Origin: Candidatus Bathyarchaeota archaeon
GTDB lineage: Archaea; Thermoproteota; Bathyarchaeia; Bathyarchaeales; Bathycorpusculaceae
DNA length: 64,000 bases
Assembly (NCBI GenBank): GCA_963772455.1
Contig: CAVYXJ010000011.1
Span: forward strand, 1 to 64,000
Direction: 5' to 3'
Every line of letters starts with the position of its first letter. Position 1 is the stretch's first letter. Below, piece by piece: positions 29,325 through 38,576 of this stretch. Under the pieces are notes generated by a model, which was not told the origin of the DNA, searched no databases, and was given only the letters and a program-made list of their open reading frames with translations. Position numbers and translations under genes: made by a program.

Positions 29325-29486
29325 ACTATTACTATTACCTACTCTTACTGTAAGAGTCCAAATTGCCTGCAGTATGTACTCGATGCCTTAGCCAAAAAAA
29401 CTCCTCAGGCTCCTCTAATCATTTGTTTTTTGTACGCTACAAGCCAACCATGAGCTTCTGTAGCTGAATCGGATTTGAACAAAACA

Positions 29487-29639
29487 TTAACTGCAGTCAA
29501 AGGAACATGTTTTTTTGCAGTTATAGCAAACAACAGATTTGAACTGCCCTTGATAACTAAAGACTGAGCCGACTAGTTCTCTGCCTTGAATGTAACCGCA
29601 ATGGATGCATTGAACTACACCGAATTTCTCATTCATCAT
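29487..29639 (-). CDS. Zinc-ribbon microprotein
   Basis: CIHCGY...CYNC. ATG 29639 overlaps the stop of the upstream ORF (ATGA). Confidence 0.55.
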   Translation of the reverse strand: MMNEKFGVVQCIHCGYIQGRELVGSVFSYQGQFKSVVCYNCKKTCSFDCS

Positions 29640-29866
29640 TGCCTCTTCCCATGTACTTTCCGTTTTCTCCCTGTTCCAATCAAATTTGCCTTCAACAAAC
29701 AATGAGGCCCCATGATGCAACCAAGAGATAAACTGCAGGAGACTGGGGATCCAGAAATTATTGTTCCGATTCTTTTGGGTGGAGACGTAACTTTAAGGTC
29801 TAAGATTACATCGTCACGGATTTGACTGCATAAGGATTTTATTGAAACAATTTCAGGTTCTCTCAA
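29636..29866 (-). CDS. Hypothetical protein
   Basis: Translationally coupled by 4-nt overlaps at both ends. Confidence 0.4.
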   Translation of the reverse strand: MREPEIVSIKSLCSQIRDDVILDLKVTSPPKRIGTIISGSPVSCSLSLGCIMGPHCLLKANLIGTGRKRKVHGKRQ

Positions 29867-30153
29867 AGAATAACCTCCAACCTATCCAGTTTGCTTCGGC
29901 TAGCACGCGACCTAACACCCAAAGTATAGAGCCGATCGAGCCTAACTGGTAAGATTAGAATTTCAGTCGCATAAGGATTAGACGCTGGATCCTCCGTGAA
30001 GTAACGGTTGTCTTTCTTGAAGCCTGAAATCTTTCCACGAGCCTTCCTGGCCTGACGTAAGCTTTGGCAAACTGCATAAGTAAAAAGAGACCCGCAATCA
30101 CCAATTACGTTATGATAGACGATAAAAACTGAGTCAGGGGCAACATTGGGCAC
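29863..30153 (-). CDS. Hypothetical protein
   Basis: Abuts 30154-30354 and overlaps the next ORF. Confidence 0.45.
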   Translation of the reverse strand: MPNVAPDSVFIVYHNVIGDCGSLFTYAVCQSLRQARKARGKISGFKKDNRYFTEDPASNPYATEILILPVRLDRLYTLGVRSRASRSKLDRLEVIL

Positions 30154-30354
30154 TTAGGAAACCTCCAACTTCTTTACAGAAACCAAAACAACCGGGTAAC
30201 CATCCAAACGAGTACCCTCAAACCTGTAGCCCTCTTCAAGAAACATCAAAACCCAATCAAGATCAAGCAACTCCCCTGGAATAACAACACAGTCACCAAG
30301 GTCCTTACAAGGCATGACACCGAATTGCTGCTTAAGATCCTCTACAGAAGTCAC
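30154..30354 (-). CDS. Hypothetical protein
   Basis: 66-aa ORF heading a coupled ORF chain. Confidence 0.5.
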   Translation of the reverse strand: MTSVEDLKQQFGVMPCKDLGDCVVIPGELLDLDWVLMFLEEGYRFEGTRLDGYPVVLVSVKKLEVS

Positions 30355-30498
30355 TTTGCAGGCACCATCACACGCTTTTTAGCTTGGGTTAGCTTGGCAA
30401 ATGTTTGTTTGTTTTTTCTGTTTTAGTTCTGGGAATTTTGCTTCAAGATAATTAGTCAGCCGATCCCAATTAACAGGGCAATAATCATTCTCCAAAAG

Positions 30499-30726
30499 TT
30501 AGGCCTCCTTGGCAAGGTTTGGAATGAACTTGCTGAGGGTTTCTTCATGTTCTTTGAAGAAATCAGTAATTATGGCTCTGAATACCTCAGTGTTTTGAGT
30601 AACTCCTTTGAATTTTTTTATTGCGCTAAATTTGGTTGCGTGGTCGCCTTTTAATTGTACTCGGATATCCACCGTTTGTTCAGTTAATATTTTTAATTCC
30701 TCATGCATAATTTGTGTATAATACAT
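30499..30726 (-). CDS. RHH-like DNA-binding protein (start may be ATG 30708)
   Basis: VDIRVQLKGDHATKFSAIKKFKGVTQNTEVFRAIITDFF is paralogous to the N terminus of 31034-31420. Confidence 0.7.
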   Translation of the reverse strand: MYYTQIMHEELKILTEQTVDIRVQLKGDHATKFSAIKKFKGVTQNTEVFRAIITDFFKEHEETLSKFIPNLAKEA

Positions 30727-30802
30727 ATATTGCTATTGCAGACAGTAAATGGGATAAAACCCCCAGCAACAAACTGTGTACTTTACATAAATTGTGCATG
30801 AG
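30700..30802. promoter_or_regulatory. 28-bp imperfect inverted repeat (candidate operator pair)
   Basis: 30700-30727 ctcatgcataatttgtgtataatacata matches the reverse complement of 30775-30802 at 23 of 28 positions. Confidence 0.65.
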
Positions 30803-31033
30803 ATACGTGAAAACTAATGGATTTCTAATGAATCAACAAAAATGTAAAAATGAAGAAAAGAAACCAAAAACCGCTAAAACTTATTTAAACAAGTAGCGGT
30901 AAATAAGCTAACAGACAAAAAAGATCTGCCACAAAAAATGCATAATCTACAAAAAAACCGATTAAACAACAAAAAACTAAGCAGAATAAAAAAACTCCCA
31001 CAAGAATATAAAAAATAATTAAAGCGAAATAAC

Positions 31034-31420
31034 ATGCCTGACTCATCTGAAAAACTTAACGTTCACCTAAAGGGCGAAATAGCTGACATGTTTTGCCGTA
31101 TTAAGAAGTACTTAGGTCTAGAGCAGGACACAGAAGTTATTAGGGCTCTAATCACCTGGTACTATAACCAAAACAAAGACGAATTATCCGGTCCACCCAA
31201 AACGATGTATCACATCAACCTTAACGACAAAGGCGTGCTTGTCTGGGATCCTGATTTACGCAAGGCAGTTCAGCTCTATTTTTGCAAGCAAGGCATTACC
31301 TGTCAAGAAGATGAGGAAACCGAGTCCTGCAAACACGTCATGTTTGCGCTCTCAAAACCCGATATCCAAGAAGTCATTCGCAAACGCAAAAAAGAAGGAT
31401 GGAACCTTCCAGACGTCTAA
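31034..31420 (+). CDS. RHH-like regulator with C-terminal SWIM-like zinc motif
   Basis: LNVHLKGEIADMFCRIKKYLGLEQDTEVIRALITWYY, then ITCQEDEETESCKHVMFAL. Confidence 0.7.
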   Translation: MPDSSEKLNVHLKGEIADMFCRIKKYLGLEQDTEVIRALITWYYNQNKDELSGPPKTMYHINLNDKGVLVWDPDLRKAVQLYFCKQGITCQEDEETESCKHVMFALSKPDIQEVIRKRKKEGWNLPDV

Positions 31421-31492
31421 GTTTACATAAATGTCACCCATATCGGAAAGGTTTTAATTCAAAATGTTCCTAAGTAATTGTTAGGGATTATT

Positions 31493-31729
31493 ATGCCTAC
31501 CGCGTTTGTATTAATAAATACTGAAATAGGCTCCGAATCGGACGTTCTAAAAGAGCTAAAAAAAGTCGAAGGCGTAGAAGAAGCCTCAGCAGTTTACGGA
31601 GTCTATGATATAGTAGCAAGAGTCAAAGCAGATACCATGGATAAATTAAAAGAAATTGTAACCTGGCGAATTCGACGACTTGACAAAGTGCGTTCAACCC
31701 TTACAATGATTGTCGTAGAAGACAAATAA
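31493..31729 (+). CDS. Stand-alone Lrp/AsnC RAM domain protein
   Basis: MPTAFVLINTEIGSE...VYGVYDIVARV...VRSTLTMIV. Confidence 0.88.
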   Translation: MPTAFVLINTEIGSESDVLKELKKVEGVEEASAVYGVYDIVARVKADTMDKLKEIVTWRIRRLDKVRSTLTMIVVEDK

Positions 31730-32061
31730 ACATCAATTTCCTAATTTTAAATCATCAAACTTTACAAACCATTTTTTCAATTGTAATAGGCTAAACACAA
31801 CCACAAAATTATAAATTATTTTTAACTGAAGTAACACAACGATGCATCAAAGGTAGTTCAAAATGAAAACAATTCTAAAACCCCTACACAAGAGCCAAAT
31901 GAAAACAAAAACGCTCTCTACCCGCAGATGCACAAAATTTTTAATTGGTTGGAAAAAGAGGTTTGGATCTATCATTGAACCTTTTTGTGTCCCCTCAAAC
32001 AATATAGAACCACAAAACCTCTAAACCAACCAACCCCCCATTCAAAAAAGGAGAAACAAAA

Positions 32062-32346
32062 ATGCCTACAGCCTATATTCTTGTAAATACCGAAATCGGA
32101 TCAGAAAAACATGTTCTTAAAGCCCTAAAAAAAATCGACGGCGTGCAAGAAGTTCATAACTTATGGGGTGTATACGACATCATTGTAAATGTCAAAGCTC
32201 ACAACCTAGATGAACTAAAACACATAATAACCAACCGAATTGAAAAAATCGGAAAAATTACTTCAAAATTAACTATGATAATAAATGAAAAAAACCAAAA
32301 TATAATTCAAGAACAAATTATTTTTGAAAACCCACTAATTCAATAA
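32062..32346 (+). CDS. Stand-alone Lrp/AsnC RAM domain protein (paralog)
   Basis: MPTAYILVNTEIGSE...LWGVYDIIV, with ggag RBS upstream. Confidence 0.85.
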   Translation: MPTAYILVNTEIGSEKHVLKALKKIDGVQEVHNLWGVYDIIVNVKAHNLDELKHIITNRIEKIGKITSKLTMIINEKNQNIIQEQIIFENPLIQ

Positions 32347-32355
32347 GATTGGTCC

Positions 32356-32385
32356 AAAAGTGTTTTAGGTTAACAACACTTTTTA
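32356..32385 (+). terminator. Hairpin plus T-run
   Basis: aaaagtgtt...aacactttt immediately after the stop codon. Confidence 0.4.
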
Positions 32386-32431
32386 CCTTCCAACCTATTT
32401 CTTTCTTTTAACTTGGAGAGAGCAGCCCCCA

Positions 32432-33775
32432 TTGACTCAACAGCAGACAATGCATATTGGTTTAGATGACACAGACTCGACGAAAGGAGGCTGCACAACT
32501 TATTTAGCAGCGGTTTTAATTGAAAAATTAAAAAAATTCAATGTACAATTTGTAGATTATCCAGCTTTGATTAGACTCAATCCCAATGTGCCCTGGAAAA
32601 CAAGAGGGAACGGAGCATTATGTCTAAGGTTCACATATCCAATAGAGTTTGAAGAACAAATAAAAAATATGGCAACGGAACTTTGGGAAAAATACTCCTC
32701 CATCAAAGAGAGAGGTACTGATCCGGGAATAGTTTTCTACAAAAACAATAATATCCCAAACGAACTGCGTGCATTCGCAAAAAAAACCCAAACAACTATT
32801 GTAACCCTTAAAGAAGCCATGGGGTTAATCAAAAAGTTAGGTGCTGAAGCGGCAGGATTTAACACTTGTCGAGGCATCATTGGCGCATTGGCGGCAATCG
32901 GCGAAACCTTAGAAGAAGACTACACCTACGAGTTGATTGCTTACAGAAAACCAGAAAATGTAGGAACGAAAAGACAAGTTGATGAAGCATCAATTTTCGA
33001 GATGGACAAGTTAACATCACCATACACTTTCAACAATGTGGATTCTGAAAAGAAAAGGGTAATTATTACTCCACGAGGACCTGACCCAATTCTGTTCGGA
33101 ATAAGAGGAGAATCAGCAGAAATAGTAAAGAAAGCCTTTGAAATTGTTAAGCCTCTTGAACCTATTGAGCGATGGGCAATCTTCCGCAGTAACCAAGGCA
33201 CAGACGCCCACTTAAAACCCATTAAAGCCCTAATTGATCTTGAACCTTACAGCTCAATCATTGCTAAAGGCATTGTTTCCCAAAATCCCCGAGTCGTCCC
33301 ACTGCGCCATATCATCTTCTCAATTAAGGATGATACGGCTGAAGTGGATTGCGCTGCCTACGAGCCCACAGGTGACCTTCGAAAAATCGCACGAGAACTA
33401 GTTGTTGGCGACAAGGTTGAAGTTTACGGCGCCGTACACAAAGCAACCGCAACTAAACCATTAACAATTAATCTTGAAAAAATTAATATCATAAAGCTTA
33501 TGAACCAAGTAATATTTGAAAATCCACTTTGCCCTAACTGCGGTAAACACTTGAAATCAATGGGTAAAAATCAGGGTTTTCGATGTGAAAAATGCGGTTT
33601 CAAAAATGTTGAAATAAAAAAGACCACGTTGACTTTGACTAGACCCATCAAAGAATGTTTGTATTTTACTTCGACAAGATCGCAACGGCATCTGACTAAA
33701 CCTTCTCGACGATATGGACAAGAAAAGCACGATATTTCAAATTATAGAATGATTAGCGAATGGCATTATCCTTAG
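32432..33775 (+). CDS. tiaS: tRNA(Ile2) agmatinylcytidine synthetase
   Basis: IGLDDTDS..GGCTTY, LIRLNPNVPWKTRGNGA, PRGPDPILFGIRG, NQGTD, OB fold and zinc ribbon. Confidence 0.96.
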   Translation: MTQQQTMHIGLDDTDSTKGGCTTYLAAVLIEKLKKFNVQFVDYPALIRLNPNVPWKTRGNGALCLRFTYPIEFEEQIKNMATELWEKYSSIKERGTDPGIVFYKNNNIPNELRAFAKKTQTTIVTLKEAMGLIKKLGAEAAGFNTCRGIIGALAAIGETLEEDYTYELIAYRKPENVGTKRQVDEASIFEMDKLTSPYTFNNVDSEKKRVIITPRGPDPILFGIRGESAEIVKKAFEIVKPLEPIERWAIFRSNQGTDAHLKPIKALIDLEPYSSIIAKGIVSQNPRVVPLRHIIFSIKDDTAEVDCAAYEPTGDLRKIARELVVGDKVEVYGAVHKATATKPLTINLEKINIIKLMNQVIFENPLCPNCGKHLKSMGKNQGFRCEKCGFKNVEIKKTTLTLTRPIKECLYFTSTRSQRHLTKPSRRYGQEKHDISNYRMISEWHYP

Positions 33776-34065
33776 CGCTAAGTTGCCAATGTTTTTAGTT
33801 TAAATTTTAAAAAGAAGCTTAAATTAGGATTTAAATTTGAGCAATGGGGAAAGGGATAAAAAGGCGCCATAACTATGTTATATTAGGAAAAAGCAAAACA
33901 GTCATCAATAATCTGGCACACCAGCCTCTCTTGCGATGAGCCAAGTGGATCAATATCGAACAGGTTTGGCGGAAATAGAAACTTTATGTATGCCAAAGGA
34001 AATCAACAAACAAAGAGACGCATCGATTTTTCCCTTGCTTGACCCAAAAGTTAGGAGAGTAAAAG

Positions 34066-34434
34066 ATGGCGAAAATCTCAACAATATTTAGAAAAGTAGG
34101 TTCATTAATTTTCACCAAACCAGCAACAGCTGGATATCCATTTACAAAGCCACAGGTACAAGATAGTTTTAGGGGGCAAATGCAACTTGATTATAAACTT
34201 TGCATTGGCTGTGGGATCTGCAAAAGAGACTGCCCAGGAAAAGCCGTAGATATGGTTGATTACTACGGAAAAAAACGTCCCCAATTCAGACTTGACAAAT
34301 GTCTCTTCTGCTACCAATGTGCTGAAAGCTGCCCAAAAAAAGCCATAAAGAAATCTTGCATCTACGAGTTAGCCACAACCGACAAATCTACATTAGTTAT
34401 GAAACCTAAACACGTCATTACATGCCAAGCATAA
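34066..34434 (+). CDS. 2x[4Fe-4S] protein, NuoI/EchF-like
   Basis: KPAT..YPF.....FRG, CIGCGICKRDCP and CLFCYQCAESCP. Confidence 0.85.
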   Translation: MAKISTIFRKVGSLIFTKPATAGYPFTKPQVQDSFRGQMQLDYKLCIGCGICKRDCPGKAVDMVDYYGKKRPQFRLDKCLFCYQCAESCPKKAIKKSCIYELATTDKSTLVMKPKHVITCQA

Positions 34435-34437
34435 AAA

Positions 34438-34463
34438 CAAGCAAAAAATGCTTGGCTTTTTTT
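34438..34463 (+). terminator. Hairpin plus T-run terminator
   Basis: caagca-aaaaa-tgcttg followed by gc and T7. Confidence 0.5.
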
Positions 34464-34726
34464 AATCTTCTTTTTCTAAAAAAGGAATTTTCGTAATCTT
34501 TGATACGCCAAATCTGTTTTAGTATTGGTTGTAAAGAGGATTCAATGGTTTTTTGCGACTTTTTCTGGGAAATTCTCGTTAATTATCAGAATGTCGGATA
34601 TAACTGACTTGAAAAATAATACTATGACTGATTATCAAATACCAGAAAACCGCTGATAGCATTGAAATGATTTAAATCAATGAAAAACATAAAGCACTTT
34701 TACAACAAACAAAAATACACGGTCAA

Positions 34727-37549
34727 GTGGAGTGCCTGAAAACAGTGACTAAAACGTTTACAGAAGCAGATTATTCGCTACCATTCTTTAAACAAGAGGG
34801 TTTCGTTAGGAAGCTTTGTCCAAAATGCGGTGAACATTATTGGACTCAAGACGCTAAGCAAGAAACATGTGGTGAATCTGGTTCAGATGAATGCGGATGC
34901 TACACTTTTCTGGGCAATCCAGCTACAACCAAAAAATTCAGTCTATCCGAAATGCGGGAAGCGTTTCTCTCGTTCTTTGAAAAGAATGGCCACACACGGA
35001 TTAAGCCCTATCCTGTTGTGGCGCGTTGGAGAAAAGATATTTACTTAACACATGCAAGTATTATTGATTTTCAACCATACGTCACTGAAGGGATTGCACC
35101 GCCACCAGCAAACCCACTAGTAATCTCTCAACCATGTATCAGATTAACAGATATTTCAAACACAGGACCCACATTTGGTAGGCACTTAACTATATTTGAA
35201 ATGGGTGGAGCACACGCCTTTAACTATCCAGATAAAGAGATTTATTGGAAAGACGACACCGTTCGTTTCCATCATCGTTTTGCAACTGAATGTCTTGGCA
35301 TAAAATCTGAAGAAGTAATCTACAAAGAAGGCGTTTGGGTGGGCGGAGGAAATGCTGGTCCAGATGTAGAATGCATCTGCCGCGGCTTAGAAGTGGGCAC
35401 GCTTGTGTTTATGCAATACAAAGTTGTCGGTGATGACTTCGTCGAGTTACCTATCCGCACAGTAGATACGGGTTATGGCATTGACCGCTTTACTTGGATA
35501 AGCCAAGGTGTGCCAAGCCTATTCCAAGCAATTTACGGCAATTTGCTCGACAAGGTCATGTCAATGGCTGGAATAACCAATGTTGACAATGATTTTCTGA
35601 CCAAGGTAGCAAAGTATTCAGGCTTAGTGAGCGTTGACAAGAGAGCAAACAGACTTGTTGCCCGCAAACGTGTCTCAGAGCTCACAGGCATCGACTTAGC
35701 AACACTCGACAAAGAACTCATCCCAATAGAAAACACTTGGGCAGTAACCGACCACACCAAAACATTAAGTTTCATGCTCAGCGAAGGAGTTGTGCCATCT
35801 AACATACAAGAAGGATACTTGGCAAGACTACTTTTCAGAAGAGTTTACCGTTTAATGCGTACCCTAAACATTGAGCCAGCCAAACTCTATGATATCATTG
35901 ACATGCAAGCGAATTATTGGGGAAAAGATTTTCCACGCATAAAAGAAATGCAAAACGAAATTATCGAAATGCTAAAAGTCGAAGAGGAAAAGTTTGTTGA
36001 AACCCTCAAACGCGGCGAAGGCATGGTTAAGCGAATTGCAGCTGAATTAAAAACCAAAGGCACTGGCAAACTGCCCATGGACACATTAACAGAGCTTTAT
36101 GATTCGCATGGTCTTCCCCCAGAAATAGTTAAACAAGCTGCCGAGAAAGAAGGCGTGGAAGTGGAAGTTCCGGAAAATTTCTATGCATTAATTGCTAATC
36201 GCCATATGCAAGCACCAAAACCTGTTGAAGAAGAAGAGGCAAAGGCTGAACAAACGCTAACGAAGGCAGCAGAGAAGTTACCCGCAACTGAAATGCTTTA
36301 TTACTCGGACGTTTACCAAAAGGAATTCAACGCTAAAGTTCTCAAAATTATAAACGGAACATTTGTGGTATTAGATCAGAGTTGCATGTACCCCGAAGGC
36401 GGAGGACAACCAACTGACCTTGGCTGGTTAATTAGCGGTGAAAAGAAAAACGAAGTGATTGATGTCCAGAAAATCGGCAAAGTAATAGTACACAAGCTTA
36501 AAGATCCAGCAACTTTCAATGAAGGAAGCATTGTTCACGGTGTACTAGATTGGGAAAGGCGATACTTGCTCATGAAGGCTCACACAGTCACTCACCTTAT
36601 CAATGGAGCTGCAAGAAGGGTGTTGGGCGAGCACGTTTGGCAATCCGGTACCCAAAAAGGCTTAGAAACATCGAGACTTGACATTTCGCATTATCGACGA
36701 CTTAGCCAAGATGAAATTCATAAAATCGAAACTCTTGCAAACCAAGCCATTGGCGCCAACATGAAAGTTGAAACCACATGGCTTCCACGCAACGAAGCAG
36801 AATCTCGTTATGGTTTTAGACTCTATCAAGGTGGAGCAGTTCCAGGCAAAGATATCCGTGTTGTTAAAACTGGTGATTGGGATGTTGAGGCATGCGCTGG
36901 AACCCATTTGGGAAATACAGGCGAAGTGGGCTTTGTCAAAATCGTTTACACGGAACGCGTGCAGGATGGCGTTGAACGTTTAGGTTACGCAATTGGATTA
37001 AAAGCGTTAAAAGCTATGCAAAATCAAGAAGATTTACTGCAGAAGGTTTCTGAAGCTTTAACTGCTCCAATCGATAAACTTGACAAGACCGCTGAGAAAG
37101 TTGTTAAGGAACTCAAGGAAGCCAATGTAGAGAAACGTCGCTTAATCAAGGAGCTTGCATCAAAAGAAAGTGCAGTTGGTCAAACTCAAAACAACGAAAA
37201 TAACTTGGACATAGATGGAATAACTATCATCAAAAGAGACTTTGGTGAAGTAATCGACATTGATAGAATGCTCAGAACTGCAAGTGAAATAATAAAACAT
37301 AATGAGGCTACCGTTACAATATTTTATGGATCAGACAATAAAACATGCAAACTAATGGTAATGGCTGGGGAAATTGCAGTGAAAAAAGGTGTCAACGCAG
37401 GTAGCATCGTTAAAGAGGCTGCACCTGTTTTCGGCGGCGGAGGCGGTGGAAGACCAAGTTTTGCACAAGGCGGAGGAACAAAACCCGAAAAAATAGCAGA
37501 AGCGGTACAAACAGCGCAGGAATCAGTCAAGAAACAACTGAAACATTAG
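34727..37549 (+). CDS. alaS: Alanine--tRNA ligase (archaeal type)
   Basis: YPVVARWR, ASIIDFQP, QPCIR, GRHLTIFEM, HTVTH editing motif, EACAGTH and GGGGGG. Confidence 0.97.
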   Translation: MECLKTVTKTFTEADYSLPFFKQEGFVRKLCPKCGEHYWTQDAKQETCGESGSDECGCYTFLGNPATTKKFSLSEMREAFLSFFEKNGHTRIKPYPVVARWRKDIYLTHASIIDFQPYVTEGIAPPPANPLVISQPCIRLTDISNTGPTFGRHLTIFEMGGAHAFNYPDKEIYWKDDTVRFHHRFATECLGIKSEEVIYKEGVWVGGGNAGPDVECICRGLEVGTLVFMQYKVVGDDFVELPIRTVDTGYGIDRFTWISQGVPSLFQAIYGNLLDKVMSMAGITNVDNDFLTKVAKYSGLVSVDKRANRLVARKRVSELTGIDLATLDKELIPIENTWAVTDHTKTLSFMLSEGVVPSNIQEGYLARLLFRRVYRLMRTLNIEPAKLYDIIDMQANYWGKDFPRIKEMQNEIIEMLKVEEEKFVETLKRGEGMVKRIAAELKTKGTGKLPMDTLTELYDSHGLPPEIVKQAAEKEGVEVEVPENFYALIANRHMQAPKPVEEEEAKAEQTLTKAAEKLPATEMLYYSDVYQKEFNAKVLKIINGTFVVLDQSCMYPEGGGQPTDLGWLISGEKKNEVIDVQKIGKVIVHKLKDPATFNEGSIVHGVLDWERRYLLMKAHTVTHLINGAARRVLGEHVWQSGTQKGLETSRLDISHYRRLSQDEIHKIETLANQAIGANMKVETTWLPRNEAESRYGFRLYQGGAVPGKDIRVVKTGDWDVEACAGTHLGNTGEVGFVKIVYTERVQDGVERLGYAIGLKALKAMQNQEDLLQKVSEALTAPIDKLDKTAEKVVKELKEANVEKRRLIKELASKESAVGQTQNNENNLDIDGITIIKRDFGEVIDIDRMLRTASEIIKHNEATVTIFYGSDNKTCKLMVMAGEIAVKKGVNAGSIVKEAAPVFGGGGGGRPSFAQGGGTKPEKIAEAVQTAQESVKKQLKH

Positions 37550-37669
37550 ATTTTCTCGCAAAATATATCAAACCTAATATGGAAACATTGACAGAGCAAA
37601 AACATTACCCGAGACACCAATTTTATATACTGACCAAACGTTTACCGTTTAATCAACGGTGCAAATAGT

Positions 37670-38002
37670 ATGGACGAATTCAAAATTGTAATTATTGCAG
37701 CCATACTAGTTACTCTCGCAACTTTAGTAACCATAATCTACATTTCTGAAGATGCAATAAACAACGCGAAAATACCTGACGTTGAAAGAGGATTGGTAAG
37801 TTCAAAAGCCCTTGTTTCAGACAATCGCCCTGCGAATTATTCTGTTAACCTCTCAAGTGGTCAAAAATTGTATATTCTTAATAATGCTACGCTCTATGAC
37901 AGCTTAGTCATTAACCAAAGTTACGCTTTTGAGTGTCGCCTTGACTTCAACAACAAAATGACAATTATCGACCGCGCAACATTAATTATTCCTACTAATT
38001 GA
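37670..38002 (+). CDS. Membrane-anchored hypothetical protein
   Basis: N-terminal TM segment plus a small beta-rich domain. Confidence 0.6.
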   Translation: MDEFKIVIIAAILVTLATLVTIIYISEDAINNAKIPDVERGLVSSKALVSDNRPANYSVNLSSGQKLYILNNATLYDSLVINQSYAFECRLDFNNKMTIIDRATLIIPTN

Positions 38003-38146
38003 CCACTATAAGTTACTTTATCAATACTAACAGAATTTTTAGCTTGTGGTATTAATTTCTAATTTTGAGACACAAAATATATAAACACGAATGCACACCT
38101 GTGCTTCAGGTGAAGCGTGCAACAGCACGTTAGCACTGGTGAACAT

Positions 38147-38548
38147 ATGAGAAGAAGCCTAACAGTAACTCCTGAAAACGACAAAAAAATCCTACTAACA
38201 AAGGGACGATTCCTAACTGGAGACTCACCCTTCGACATCGACTACACTACATTAGTCAACATATTCATAGAACTAGGCCACAAACTAATGACAACAGCAT
38301 GGAACGACAACAACACCCACAACACCAACGTCACAATAGACAAAAAAGAGATCGTGGAATCCTTCAAAAAGCACGCTTTTAGCTCCGAACTCAAAGAAGA
38401 ATCAATAGGGGACCAAGTGACAGAAATAATCTTCAGAAAGCTAGTCGAACAATCAGGTCTAGCATCAAACGAGCAACACCCTACCGCTGCATTGCCTGTT
38501 GAACAACCAAACCAATCAGACACAAAAAACCAAAAATACATCTCATAG
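38147..38548 (+). CDS. Hypothetical protein heading the grpE-dnaK operon, possibly RHH-like
   Basis: ggtga RBS before ATG 38147. MRRSLTVTPENDKKI...DYTTLVNIFIELG. Confidence 0.6.
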   Translation: MRRSLTVTPENDKKILLTKGRFLTGDSPFDIDYTTLVNIFIELGHKLMTTAWNDNNTHNTNVTIDKKEIVESFKKHAFSSELKEESIGDQVTEIIFRKLVEQSGLASNEQHPTAALPVEQPNQSDTKNQKYIS

Positions 38549-38576
38549 AGTTAAAACTAAGAAGGACAAATCCAAA

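Larger units (their letters stand above)
27320..31420. mobile_element. Putative provirus/plasmid-derived block (partial; no integrase seen)
   Basis: Run of short, partly overlapping minus-strand ORFs rich in HTH and zinc-finger motifs, strong C/A strand skew, and a divergent paralogous RHH pair at the right end. Confidence 0.5.

Noticed and set aside
34600-34680. Box C/D sRNA upstream of alaS
   Set aside because: A CTGA is present but there is no canonical RTGATGA C box or terminal stem.
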